NCBI GenBank assembly: GCA_025054935.1
Contig: JANWZD010000001.1
Location: 201,008 to 265,007 of the forward strand
Length of the DNA: 64,000 bases
From: Dehalococcoidia bacterium
GTDB lineage: Bacteria; Chloroflexota; Dehalococcoidia; SpSt-223
Direction of reading: 5' to 3'
How positions within the stretch are numbered: position 1 is the first letter of the stretch; every line of letters begins with the position of its first letter. Made by a program: the position numbers and the translations under genes. The notes under the pieces are model-generated. The model saw only the letters and a program-made list of their open reading frames with translations. It made no database searches and had not been told where the DNA came from. This document shows, one piece after another, positions 27,318-35,792 of this stretch.

Positions 27318-27854
27318 TTAGCGGCGGAACCACCCGCGGCGGGCTGGCGCAGCGGGGAGGCGAACCTCTGGCAGGTCGGGCAGCCGCTCGCGCAGTTCTG
27401 AGACGGGCGGGAGACGAAGGTCCTGCACCTGTTCGCGCAGGTCGGCAAGGTTTGGCATCTGCGGGAGCTTGACATCGCTCAAGCTTGGTACCTCGACCTT
27501 GCCCACGACGGGGAGGGTCACCATCTTTTTCTGACGGCGCGCTCGTCCGCGCAGGAAGAGCGCGAGGAACACGAGCCCAACGACGGCAGCGATGCCGAGG
27601 AGGATCGGAATGATGGGGCGCGACTCCTCCTCGTCAAAGTCATCGAGGTCTTCAAAGTCGTCGGCGCCGCTCGCTTCGCGGAGGCTCGGCGGACGAAGGT
27701 CGGGGATGGTGTCCGTGATGGGATAGACTTCGCCGCACTGCTTGCAGGTGAGGGTGCCCCGAACGATCTCCTGATCGTTCTCTTCTTCGACCTTCAGCTC
27801 AAATTCGCCCTTGCACGTTGGGCAGGCGAGGATATCCATCAAGTCGCGCTTCAT
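27318..27854 (-). CDS. Trm112-family zinc-ribbon domain fused to a transmembrane helix and a repetitive C-terminal tail
   Basis: MKRDLMDILACPTCKGEFELKVEEENDQEIVRGTLTCKQCGEVYPITDTIPDL is the Trm112p-like CxxC...CxxC fold. Followed by IIPILLGIAAVVGLVFLALFL (TM helix), then an LP-rich tail. Strong GGGAGGAGG SD before ATG 27854. Confidence 0.65.
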   Translation of the reverse strand: MKRDLMDILACPTCKGEFELKVEEENDQEIVRGTLTCKQCGEVYPITDTIPDLRPPSLREASGADDFEDLDDFDEEESRPIIPILLGIAAVVGLVFLALFLRGRARRQKKMVTLPVVGKVEVPSLSDVKLPQMPNLADLREQVQDLRLPPVSELRERLPDLPEVRLPAAPARRGWFRR

Positions 27855-27876
27855 CGGCAACCTCCTCCCAGTAAGC

Positions 27877-28623
27877 TTATCCGAGCCTGCTGAGGACAGC
27901 GTCGTCGAGTTCAGCGTTGGTAAAAACCTGCTGAACGTCGTCCAGCTCCTCAAGCCGGTCGATCAGGCGTATCAGCGCTTCCGAGTCCTTCGCGTTGAGC
28001 GGGATCGGTGTCGAAGGCACCATGGAAACTTCGGCATGAAGGACCGAGCGCTTGGCCGACTCAAGCGCGCTCTTGACGGCTTCAAGCTGGGCAGGATCGG
28101 TATATACGATGACCTCGTCGCCTTCGACCTTGGCGTCTTCGGCGCCCGCTTCGATGGCCTCGAGCGCGATTTCGTCGGGATCGTGGCCGGTCGCGGCGAC
28201 GGTGATGACGCCGAGATTGCGAAACTGCCAGGCGACTGACCCCGCTTCGCCAAGGCTGCCGCCGCTGCGCGTAAGGACATTGCGCACTTCCGCGACCGTC
28301 CGGTTGCGGTTGTCAGTCATCGCTTGGATCAGCAGCGCCGCTCCGCCGGGGCCGTAGCCCTCATACAGCACCTCATGAAGCTCCGTGGCGTCAGTGGCGC
28401 CCATTGCTCGCTTGATCGCCCGCTCGATATTTTCAGCAGGCATGTTATTTTCGCGGGCATGCTGGATCGCGAGCCGCAGCCGAAAATTATGTTCTGGGTC
28501 GGGCAGACCAGATTTCGCGGCGATCGTGATCTCCCGCGCCAGTTTCGTAAAGATTGCGCCCCGCTTCATATCAGCGGCGCCCTTTTGCCGCTTGATCTGG
28601 GCCCACTTCGAGTGGCCAGCCAT
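27877..28623 (-). CDS. yebC: YebC/PmpR family DNA-binding transcriptional regulator
   Basis: MAGHSKWAQIKRQKGAADMKRGAIFTKLAREI... is the invariant YebC N-terminus. Full-length family match. Confidence 0.9.
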   Translation of the reverse strand: MAGHSKWAQIKRQKGAADMKRGAIFTKLAREITIAAKSGLPDPEHNFRLRLAIQHARENNMPAENIERAIKRAMGATDATELHEVLYEGYGPGGAALLIQAMTDNRNRTVAEVRNVLTRSGGSLGEAGSVAWQFRNLGVITVAATGHDPDEIALEAIEAGAEDAKVEGDEVIVYTDPAQLEAVKSALESAKRSVLHAEVSMVPSTPIPLNAKDSEALIRLIDRLEELDDVQQVFTNAELDDAVLSRLG

Positions 28624-28745
28624 TGAGAACGCTCCGAAACGAACCGTCACACGCGTCTAGGATGCGCGAAGTATAGGCTGCCGTTTCGAGAGCCGACAAG
28701 GCAGCATTCGGGGTACCATTCGAGAAACCACGATCAGGACACCCT

Positions 28746-31040
28746 ATGTCGGACGAATCACCGCGGCAGTCGCGTCGCCGTGTCGGGAGCGAAGCCGGCG
28801 CTCGCTCTTCCGCTGTCGCAGCAAGCGACTGGCGGCCGTCGGCGTTCCGGCCTACTCCTGTCGCGCGTCAACGGGCAGCGCAGTTCGCCGCCCGCTACCC
28901 GTTCGAGTTGGACCCCTTTCAGCGCGACGCGATCGCTGCGCTCGCTGATGGTCACTCGCTCCTCGTCACGGCGCCAACCGGCACAGGCAAAACCGTCATC
29001 GCCGAGTTTGCGGTGCAGGACGCGCTCGATGCCGGCCAGCGCCTGATCTACACCACGCCGCTGCGCGCGCTCTCGGCGCAGAAATTTCGCGATTTCGTTG
29101 CCATTTGGGGGGCAGAGCGCGTTGGCATGGTGACCGGCGAGACAGCGATCAACGATCGTGCTCCGATCCTCGTCATGACCACGGAAATCCTGCGCAATCG
29201 CCTCGTCAGCGAGGGGGGAGACGAGGTGCGCGACCTGCGGGCGGTTGTTCTCGATGAGTTTCACTATCTCGCTGACCTCGACCGGGGGCGGGTCTGGGAG
29301 GAGGTTGTCCTGCTCATTCCTCCCTCCGTTCAGTTAGTCTGCCTCTCGGCCACTCTTCCGAACGTCGCCGAGGTGGCAGACTGGCTGCACGAGGTTCACG
29401 GCTCGACGGTTGTGGTGACCCATGATCAACGCGCCGTTCCGCTCGATGTCTACTACTTCGATGGAAGCAAGCTGCTCCGCGTCGCCGACCCCTCCGGGAA
29501 GATCGTGGCTCGCCCGCGCGGGCGGACACGCGACCCCGAGAACCCGGACCTTCTCGCTGCCGAGGTCGTCGCGCACCTGGCTCAGCGCCAGTTTCTCCCC
29601 GCGATTGTTTTCGTCATGAGCCGACGGCGGACGGAAGAGCAATGCGACTTGACTGTCGACTCCGGGCTCGACCTGCTCCTCGACCCGACGGCGCGCGACG
29701 ACATCGAGCGCGAAATCCGGGCCGTCGAAGAGCGGATCGGGAGCGAGGAGCTGGCGATGGCGCAGCTCGACCGGCTGGCGGCGGCGCTGCCGCGCGGGGT
29801 CGCGTTTCACCATGCGGGCTTGGTGCCGGCGCTGCGCGAACTGGTCGAGCGACTCTTCGAATCCGGTCGCATCGGTGTCGTCTTCGCAACGGGCACGCTG
29901 GCGCTGGGGATCAACATGCCCGCCCGCACCGTCGTTCTCGAGCAGCTCTCCACGCGGGACGAACGGGGGTGGCGCCCGCTGCACAAGCGCGAATTTCTGC
30001 AGATGGCCGGGCGTGCCGGCCGGCGAGGCAAGGATCGCCTCGGCCATGTTGTGGTCCTAAAGCATCCCTTCGACCTCTTTGACCATCTGGAGCGGCTGCT
30101 CAAGCTGCCACCCGAGCCGATCACAAGCGCCTTTCAACTGGACTACGCCTCGGCGCTCTACCTGCTCGACCGGTATGGAGCGGAGGGGATGGTGGAGATG
30201 TACCGCCGCTCGTTCGCAACCTTTCAGAAGCTGCGGGCGGCAGAGGCGATTGCGCGAGGAGGGAAAAGGAGCCGGTCGGGGGAGCCCCTCTTCCTCGTTC
30301 GCCGGCGCGCCCAAATCGAGAACGACATCATCGACCACGCCCGCCGGCTCGAATCGATACTCGGCCGCTACGGCTATTGGGATGGAAGGCGCGTGACGCT
30401 GCGGGCGGCGTTTCTCCGGCGGTTTTTCCACGGCAATGCGCTGCTCACGAGCGAACTCGTCATCGGGGGAGCGCTGAAAGGGCTGCTGGCGACAGAACTC
30501 GCCGAGGTCGCGAGCTGGCTTGAAGGCGGCGGTCGGACGGGGCGGGGACGGCGCCCTCCCTCTCTGCCGCCGCGACTTGCTCACCTCTACCGGGTCATCT
30601 GGCTGAAAAGCCGGGTAATCGAGCGCCACGAGCAGGAGAACCTCCTCGCGGTTTCTGCCGGTTTGGGCCCGCCTGCGCTGCACGGCCTCGTCTGGCGCGC
30701 CGTGCGCGGCGAGTCCTTGGCAAAGCTGTGCGAGGATTACGCTGTTGACCCGGGAGACGTCTACGGGCGGCTGACCGACACGGCGATGTGGCTGCGGCAG
30801 CTCGAGAGCGCCCTGCTCGCCTCCGGGCTCGACCCGGCACTGGCGGATGTCGCTCGGACGGCGCGACACCTCCTTGTCGAGCGCGCCGGCTCAGTGGGGT
30901 TCACGCCGCTGATCCCCTCGATCGCGGCAATTGCCGAGCCGCCCGAGCCCGCCCTCGACATTCCCGAACCCGATTCTCCGATCGACCGCCCCCCGGAGGA
31001 GGACCATCGCTATGGCCGACCCATTACGTCCGAGCGCTGA
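28746..31040 (+). CDS. Ski2-like DEAD/DEAH-box helicase (HelY-type)
   Basis: Motif I TAPTGTGKT, motif II DEFH, motif VI QMAGRAGRRG. The C-terminal region is Ski2/HelY-like. Confidence 0.85.
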   Translation: MSDESPRQSRRRVGSEAGARSSAVAASDWRPSAFRPTPVARQRAAQFAARYPFELDPFQRDAIAALADGHSLLVTAPTGTGKTVIAEFAVQDALDAGQRLIYTTPLRALSAQKFRDFVAIWGAERVGMVTGETAINDRAPILVMTTEILRNRLVSEGGDEVRDLRAVVLDEFHYLADLDRGRVWEEVVLLIPPSVQLVCLSATLPNVAEVADWLHEVHGSTVVVTHDQRAVPLDVYYFDGSKLLRVADPSGKIVARPRGRTRDPENPDLLAAEVVAHLAQRQFLPAIVFVMSRRRTEEQCDLTVDSGLDLLLDPTARDDIEREIRAVEERIGSEELAMAQLDRLAAALPRGVAFHHAGLVPALRELVERLFESGRIGVVFATGTLALGINMPARTVVLEQLSTRDERGWRPLHKREFLQMAGRAGRRGKDRLGHVVVLKHPFDLFDHLERLLKLPPEPITSAFQLDYASALYLLDRYGAEGMVEMYRRSFATFQKLRAAEAIARGGKRSRSGEPLFLVRRRAQIENDIIDHARRLESILGRYGYWDGRRVTLRAAFLRRFFHGNALLTSELVIGGALKGLLATELAEVASWLEGGGRTGRGRRPPSLPPRLAHLYRVIWLKSRVIERHEQENLLAVSAGLGPPALHGLVWRAVRGESLAKLCEDYAVDPGDVYGRLTDTAMWLRQLESALLASGLDPALADVARTARHLLVERAGSVGFTPLIPSIAAIAEPPEPALDIPEPDSPIDRPPEEDHRYGRPITSER

Positions 31041-31833
31041 GGAAGCGATTGCCGAATGGCGGCGCCGTGTCCGCGCCAACCGCGAACAAGTCGACCGCGT
31101 GCGCGAAGTCGAGGATGGCGCCGACTTTTACGCCCCAGTTGCCTCTGCCTTCCGCGCCGATCCTCACCGTCAGGATGATCCTGTGCTCAATGTCCTGCGG
31201 ACGATGATCCGTCCCCACGAATGCTGGCTCGACATCGGCGCCGGCGGCGGACGCTACGCGCTTCCGATTGCCCTTCAGGCGCGCGAGGTGATCGCCGTCG
31301 AGCCGTCCGCAGGGATGCTGGCGGTGCTCCAAGAAGGGATGGAGAACTACGGCATCCGCAATATCCGGATCGTCCATGGCCGCTTCCCGATGAGCGGGCT
31401 CGAAGCGGATGTCGCCCTGATCTGCCACGTCGGCTATGACATCGAAGAGATCGGCCCCTTTCTCGCGATGATGGAGCGGAGCGCTCCGCGCCGGATAGCG
31501 GTGCTTTTCGAGCGGCAGCCCACCGCGCCCGCCGACGCGCTCTGGCCGGCAGTGCACGGCGAGCCGCGGGAGACCCTCCCCGCCCTTCGCGAGTTCATCA
31601 TCCTGCTGCTCGCGCGGCGGGTCGTCCCGAACATTGTCACGCTCGAGGTGCCCGGCCCCTCCTACGACTCGCCCGAGCGGGCGCTCGACTTCGCCCGCCG
31701 GCAGACGTGGGTGCGGCCGGGAAGTGAGAAGGACGCGCGTCTCGAACGGATTGTCCGCGAGCGGCTGATCGAGCGCGATGGCCGGTTTGCCTATAGCTGG
31801 GACCCGGTGACGATCGGGATCGTCAGCTGGTAG
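31012..31833 (+). CDS. Class I SAM-dependent methyltransferase
   Basis: Rossmann motif I WLDIGAGGGRYAL. GGAGGAGG SD before ATG 31012. Overlaps the helicase 3' end by 29 nt. Confidence 0.7.
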   Translation: MADPLRPSAEEAIAEWRRRVRANREQVDRVREVEDGADFYAPVASAFRADPHRQDDPVLNVLRTMIRPHECWLDIGAGGGRYALPIALQAREVIAVEPSAGMLAVLQEGMENYGIRNIRIVHGRFPMSGLEADVALICHVGYDIEEIGPFLAMMERSAPRRIAVLFERQPTAPADALWPAVHGEPRETLPALREFIILLLARRVVPNIVTLEVPGPSYDSPERALDFARRQTWVRPGSEKDARLERIVRERLIERDGRFAYSWDPVTIGIVSW

Positions 31834-31968
31834 CAGACGTGGGGGCATAGGGCGCTGCTGCAGAGGCAGGGAGGCGACGGGGCACCAGCTGCGTTTCCCC
31901 GCGCTGGCCGCCGGCGCCGCTGCCCAGCACTGTCGGCCCGAGGAGGAGCGCGCCGCAGCCTGGGAGGT

Positions 31969-32415
31969 TCAGTAGCGGATCCGAGTTGCGCGATGTTTCG
32001 CGACCAGCTTGCCGTGCTGATTGGTGTAGGTCGTCTCCCAGACCGTGAAGACCATCTGTCCAAGCCGACCGGTGCGCTCGTAGAGGTCGGTCCATTTCGC
32101 GATCACGACAATGATGTCGTCGGGACGAACAACGCCGAAGTACTCGAACTCGTCGCCCCCGTTGAGGAGCCGAGTGGTCTTGAGCGGAAGTTCCGGAAAC
32201 GCGCCCGGCTTGAGGTTGTAGACGAAGGTCGGGGGAGCGATGATGCCGCCCCACCGGGTCGTTCGGGCGTACTCTTCGTCAAAGTAGAGCGGGTTGGGGT
32301 CGCCAATCGCCTCGGCAAAGAGCCGGATCTGGCTCCGGTCGACGCGGTGGACGCCCGGCTCGCTGGTGACCCCAATCATGGCGCGCGCTTCGTCGGTGAT
32401 CAGGCTCTCCGTCAT
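31969..32415 (-). CDS. MaoC/FAS1-like (hot-dog fold) dehydratase domain protein
   Basis: MTESLITDEARAMIG...IGDPNPLYFDEEYAR...PPTF pattern (PF13452). GAGGGAGG SD before ATG 32415. Confidence 0.75.
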   Translation of the reverse strand: MTESLITDEARAMIGVTSEPGVHRVDRSQIRLFAEAIGDPNPLYFDEEYARTTRWGGIIAPPTFVYNLKPGAFPELPLKTTRLLNGGDEFEYFGVVRPDDIIVVIAKWTDLYERTGRLGQMVFTVWETTYTNQHGKLVAKHRATRIRY

Positions 32416-32435
32416 CGCCTCCCTCTTCGCGTCTG

Positions 32436-33428
32436 TCACGGCGACGGATCGGCAGTCGGCGCCGCGAGCCCGAGACGGGTGAACCGCCACTGGCTGTAGA
32501 CAAAGAGCGCCCCGGCACCGACTGCGACGCCGAACCACAGTGTACACGCTCGAATCAGGATCGTGGCGGCGGCGGTAACGTCGCTCGGCGCCCCGACGAG
32601 CAGCCTGGTCAGGGCGGCGATCCCGCCTTCGGCGACCCCAAGCCCGCCCGGGGTGAGGAAGAGACCGCCTGCGAGCGATGAGACTGCGAGGATAAAACTT
32701 GCCTGGAGGAGGAGCATGCCGCTCGGCTCGAGGCCGAGGCCGGCGAGGACGAGAAAGAAGGCGACGCATTCGCCCGCCCAGGAGAGAACGCCAAGGGCGA
32801 TCCCGAACCCGAAGCTGGGACCGCGGAAGAGCACCGCGCTGCCCTCATAGAAATGCCGAAGGTGGTGCGCGCGGGTCCGGATGAGGGGGAGGCGCTCAGC
32901 AAGGGCAAGCACAGCCACAGCGAGCGGCGGATACTGGCTCAGGAGGAGCACCATCGCGGCCAAGAGGAGCGTGCCCACCATCACCTCAAACCCGAGCCCG
33001 AAAACAACGATCCCGGCGCTGGCGAGGATTAGAAGAGCAAGACCGTCAGTCAAGCGCTCCGCGATGATAATCGGCGCTGCCCGGCTGAACTGAATGCCGC
33101 TCTGCTGCTGGAGCAGGTAGCATTTCAGCCACTCGCCGACCTTTCCCGGGGTGATGGTCATGCTCAGGCCGCTGAAAAAGATAAGCAGGCTATCGAGCGG
33201 AGCGACCGTGCGCGCCCCGAGCAGCCGGATGTAGTAGTGCCATTTCCCGAAGCGGATGACATAGTTGGCCAGCGTTAGGCCGATGATGGCCGGCAGGAGC
33301 CCGACCTGGAAGCGACTGATTGCGGCGACAGTCTCAGACAGGTCGCCATAGACGAGGAGCGCAAGCAGCACGAGAACGCCAAAGGCGAGCGAGAGGAGAA
33401 TGCGCCCGCGGAAGCGTGCGAGGTTCAT
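32436..33428 (-). CDS. Lysylphosphatidylglycerol-synthase-TM-region-like (UPF0104, flippase-like) integral membrane protein
   Basis: Eight or more TM helices. Conserved N-terminal RFGKWHYYIRLLG-type motif of PF03706. Confidence 0.75.
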   Translation of the reverse strand: MNLARFRGRILLSLAFGVLVLLALLVYGDLSETVAAISRFQVGLLPAIIGLTLANYVIRFGKWHYYIRLLGARTVAPLDSLLIFFSGLSMTITPGKVGEWLKCYLLQQQSGIQFSRAAPIIIAERLTDGLALLILASAGIVVFGLGFEVMVGTLLLAAMVLLLSQYPPLAVAVLALAERLPLIRTRAHHLRHFYEGSAVLFRGPSFGFGIALGVLSWAGECVAFFLVLAGLGLEPSGMLLLQASFILAVSSLAGGLFLTPGGLGVAEGGIAALTRLLVGAPSDVTAAATILIRACTLWFGVAVGAGALFVYSQWRFTRLGLAAPTADPSP

Positions 33429-33438
33429 TCGGTTCGCG

Positions 33439-34560
33439 TCAGTATTGGTTGAACAGCGCGCCCCACGGGCCCTCTTTGATCTTCTGGATCCGTTTCAGCC
33501 CGTGGACGCGGTACCAATACCAATTGTGATAGATATTGGAGGCAAGATAGCTCCACGGCACCAGCGGAGAGCGAAGCAGCAGGTTTTCGAGCGGCTTCAA
33601 CGGACCGTGATAGATCAGCTTTTGTCCTCGGCTGGCAAACGTGTCTTGATTGCCGTGGAAATGCCAGTTGACGTTTGAGATGTCATCGCCGACGTACTCG
33701 ATCGCGCGCGTGTCGCCGACGCCGAGACCGCGCTCGTGCCCATTGCGAATGAACCCGATCGAGAGGGGGTCGAACCCCATCAGCCTCGCTGAGGTGGCGT
33801 CAATCGCCACCTGATCGCGGCTGGCGAGGATCACGTTCTTGACGTGGGGCACCATGCAGCGGGGTCCAGGGCCGTCCCCGGCGATGGTGCCATCCATGAC
33901 AGCGAAGACGCCGGGATGGATCTCGTACTGGATCGCGAGCAGATCGATGATCGCTTGATGGATCACCGAATGGGTCCAATGCCGCTGGAAATTAAGAAGC
34001 CCCCCGAAGGCATTTTTGACTGCCCCGGTGATCTGGGTGAAGACGTGGGTCTTCACGGTCGGGAGATGGATGATGTTTTTGCCGATCAAAAAGTCTGGGA
34101 TGTAGATGCCGTCGGGGTAGACATCGTTCAGCACTTCCATCTTGGCGCGCGGCTCGTAGCGGATCCACTTCACCGGCGGCTCTTCGAGGTGAACGGAAGG
34201 AACGCCGTGCCGGTCTGTCACCGCTTGATGCTTGTTCTTGATCGCTCCCTCGTGGGCGTCGACCACGACCGTGCTGTTATGCACGGCGACAAGGCGGTCA
34301 AACCCCTGCGCCTTCAGCGAGCGGATCGTGCCGTCCAGCTGCCACGGGGCGGTCGAGCAGCCGGGGTACCAATGCTGCCACGAAATGTTGACCTTCAGGA
34401 TCGTATCGACGCTGCGGTCGAGTTCCTGGTCGACGTCGGCAAGCCGGATGAGACGGTCATAGTCGTCGAGGACAGTCTCCGGTGACGTGAACAGGACCGC
34501 CACTTTCGGCTTGCCGGTATAGCGCGGCCCCGCGGGCCGGCTGGGCGATGTCTGGATCAT
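33439..34560 (-). CDS. DUF362 domain-containing protein
   Basis: Full-length match to DUF362-like proteins (AVMDGTIAGDGPGP...). First gene of a three-gene minus-strand operon, with 10 and 20 nt intergenic gaps. Confidence 0.8.
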   Translation of the reverse strand: MIQTSPSRPAGPRYTGKPKVAVLFTSPETVLDDYDRLIRLADVDQELDRSVDTILKVNISWQHWYPGCSTAPWQLDGTIRSLKAQGFDRLVAVHNSTVVVDAHEGAIKNKHQAVTDRHGVPSVHLEEPPVKWIRYEPRAKMEVLNDVYPDGIYIPDFLIGKNIIHLPTVKTHVFTQITGAVKNAFGGLLNFQRHWTHSVIHQAIIDLLAIQYEIHPGVFAVMDGTIAGDGPGPRCMVPHVKNVILASRDQVAIDATSARLMGFDPLSIGFIRNGHERGLGVGDTRAIEYVGDDISNVNWHFHGNQDTFASRGQKLIYHGPLKPLENLLLRSPLVPWSYLASNIYHNWYWYRVHGLKRIQKIKEGPWGALFNQY

Positions 34561-34661
34561 CAGTTCCTCCGAGGCGCTCGAGCAGGGCCGAGTATAGGAG
34601 TGTCAACCTGGAGGCGTCCACCTGATGCGCGGAAGCAAGCGCGTCGGCGAGCGGTCCTGCT

Positions 34662-35663
34662 CTAGCGCTCAATGCGGACGACGCGCCGCTCGGCGGCCGA
34701 GCGCGCGATCGCGTGGGTCAGCCGTACGCCCTCTAAGCCATCATAGCCGGTGGCGAGGAGCGTTCCGCCCTCGAGGATAACCGAGCTAATCTGCTCAATC
34801 TCGGCGACGTACACATCGTAGTTCGGCCGTGGCGGCACAAACTCATACGTCCGGCGGCCGTTCGGGAGCGTGACTTCAACCTGCCCGGCGATGTCGTAGG
34901 AGATCGTGCCCGCGGTGCGGACGTACCCGCGGGTTGCGTGGACGACAAGACCGTTGGCGGGATACGGCAAGCGTCGGCTCGAGAGCATCTGGGCGAAGAT
35001 TCCTCCATCGAGACGGAGGGAGGAGACTGACAGCTCCTCGACCCCTCCTTCCACCGCGTCATCGAGCGCTGCGACGAGCTCGACTTCCTTGTTGGTCACG
35101 TAGCGGAGAAGGTCGGCGGCATGGATGCCGATATTGAGCAGCGACCCGCCGCCCCGCTCGGCGCGGTAGCGCCATTCAGCATGGCGGACGAGGCCGGCGT
35201 TTGCGCAGTCGGACCGGATGAAAACGACTTCCCCGATCTCACCCGAGAGGATCAGCTCTCGAACGACGATATGTCCGGGCTGGTAGCGGTTGTTGTACCC
35301 CGTTGCAAGGAGCCGGCCGCACTCGTCGGCGACATCGATCATCCGTTGACACTGTTCCACTGTCACGGCGAGCGGCTTATCGCACAAGACATGCTTGCCG
35401 GCGCGCAGTGCGGCGATCGTTTGCTCGCAGTGCACATCGTTCGGAGAGCCGATATAGACCGCCTCAATCGTCGGGTCTGCAAGAAAGGCGGCAAGGTCGC
35501 TGTAGGCGCGCGGCGCGCCGTGTTTGGCGGCAAAGGCCTCTGCCCGGCGTTGATCTCGGCTGTAGACGCCGACGAGGCGAGCGTTCCTGCTGTTGACAAT
35601 CGCCGGCGCCATCCGCGCGTCAGCGTGCCGGCCGATCCCGATGATCCCCCATCCGACGCTCAT
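34662..35663 (-). CDS. Gfo/Idh/MocA family NAD(P)-dependent oxidoreductase
   Basis: N-terminal Rossmann fold GIIGIGRHA...; EAVYIGSPNDVHCEQTIAALRAGKHVLCDKP is the family consensus. Confidence 0.85.
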   Translation of the reverse strand: MSVGWGIIGIGRHADARMAPAIVNSRNARLVGVYSRDQRRAEAFAAKHGAPRAYSDLAAFLADPTIEAVYIGSPNDVHCEQTIAALRAGKHVLCDKPLAVTVEQCQRMIDVADECGRLLATGYNNRYQPGHIVVRELILSGEIGEVVFIRSDCANAGLVRHAEWRYRAERGGGSLLNIGIHAADLLRYVTNKEVELVAALDDAVEGGVEELSVSSLRLDGGIFAQMLSSRRLPYPANGLVVHATRGYVRTAGTISYDIAGQVEVTLPNGRRTYEFVPPRPNYDVYVAEIEQISSVILEGGTLLATGYDGLEGVRLTHAIARSAAERRVVRIER

Positions 35664-35719
35664 CGCTCTCGCTCCAACGCCTCATCGTAGCAGCCTGAGG
35701 AAAAGAGAGGCGATATACT

Positions 35720-35735
35720 TGTGACAAAGCTCACA
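35720..35735. promoter_or_regulatory. Perfect CRP/FNR-type palindrome TGTGA-N6-TCACA in the Gfo/typA divergent intergenic region
   Basis: Sequence tTGTGAcaaagcTCACAg read directly. It sits immediately downstream of a TATACT -10-like hexamer (35714-35719). Confidence 0.35.
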
Positions 35736-35751
35736 GAACAGCCAGAGCAGC

Positions 35752-35774
35752 GGGCGCGTCGTCGCGCCTTTTTT
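35752..35774 (+). terminator. Intrinsic-terminator-like hairpin (GGCGCG-tcgt-CGCGCC + TTTTTT) in the typA leader, 18 nt upstream of ATG 35793
   Basis: 6 bp all-GC stem, 4 nt loop, run of six T; an unusual feature in a 68% GC genome. No upstream same-strand gene to terminate, so it is a candidate attenuator or the end of a short leader RNA. Alternative reading: it lies inside the CDS if typA starts at GTG 35721. Confidence 0.45.
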
Positions 35775-35792
35775 GTGCAGCAGAGAGAGACC

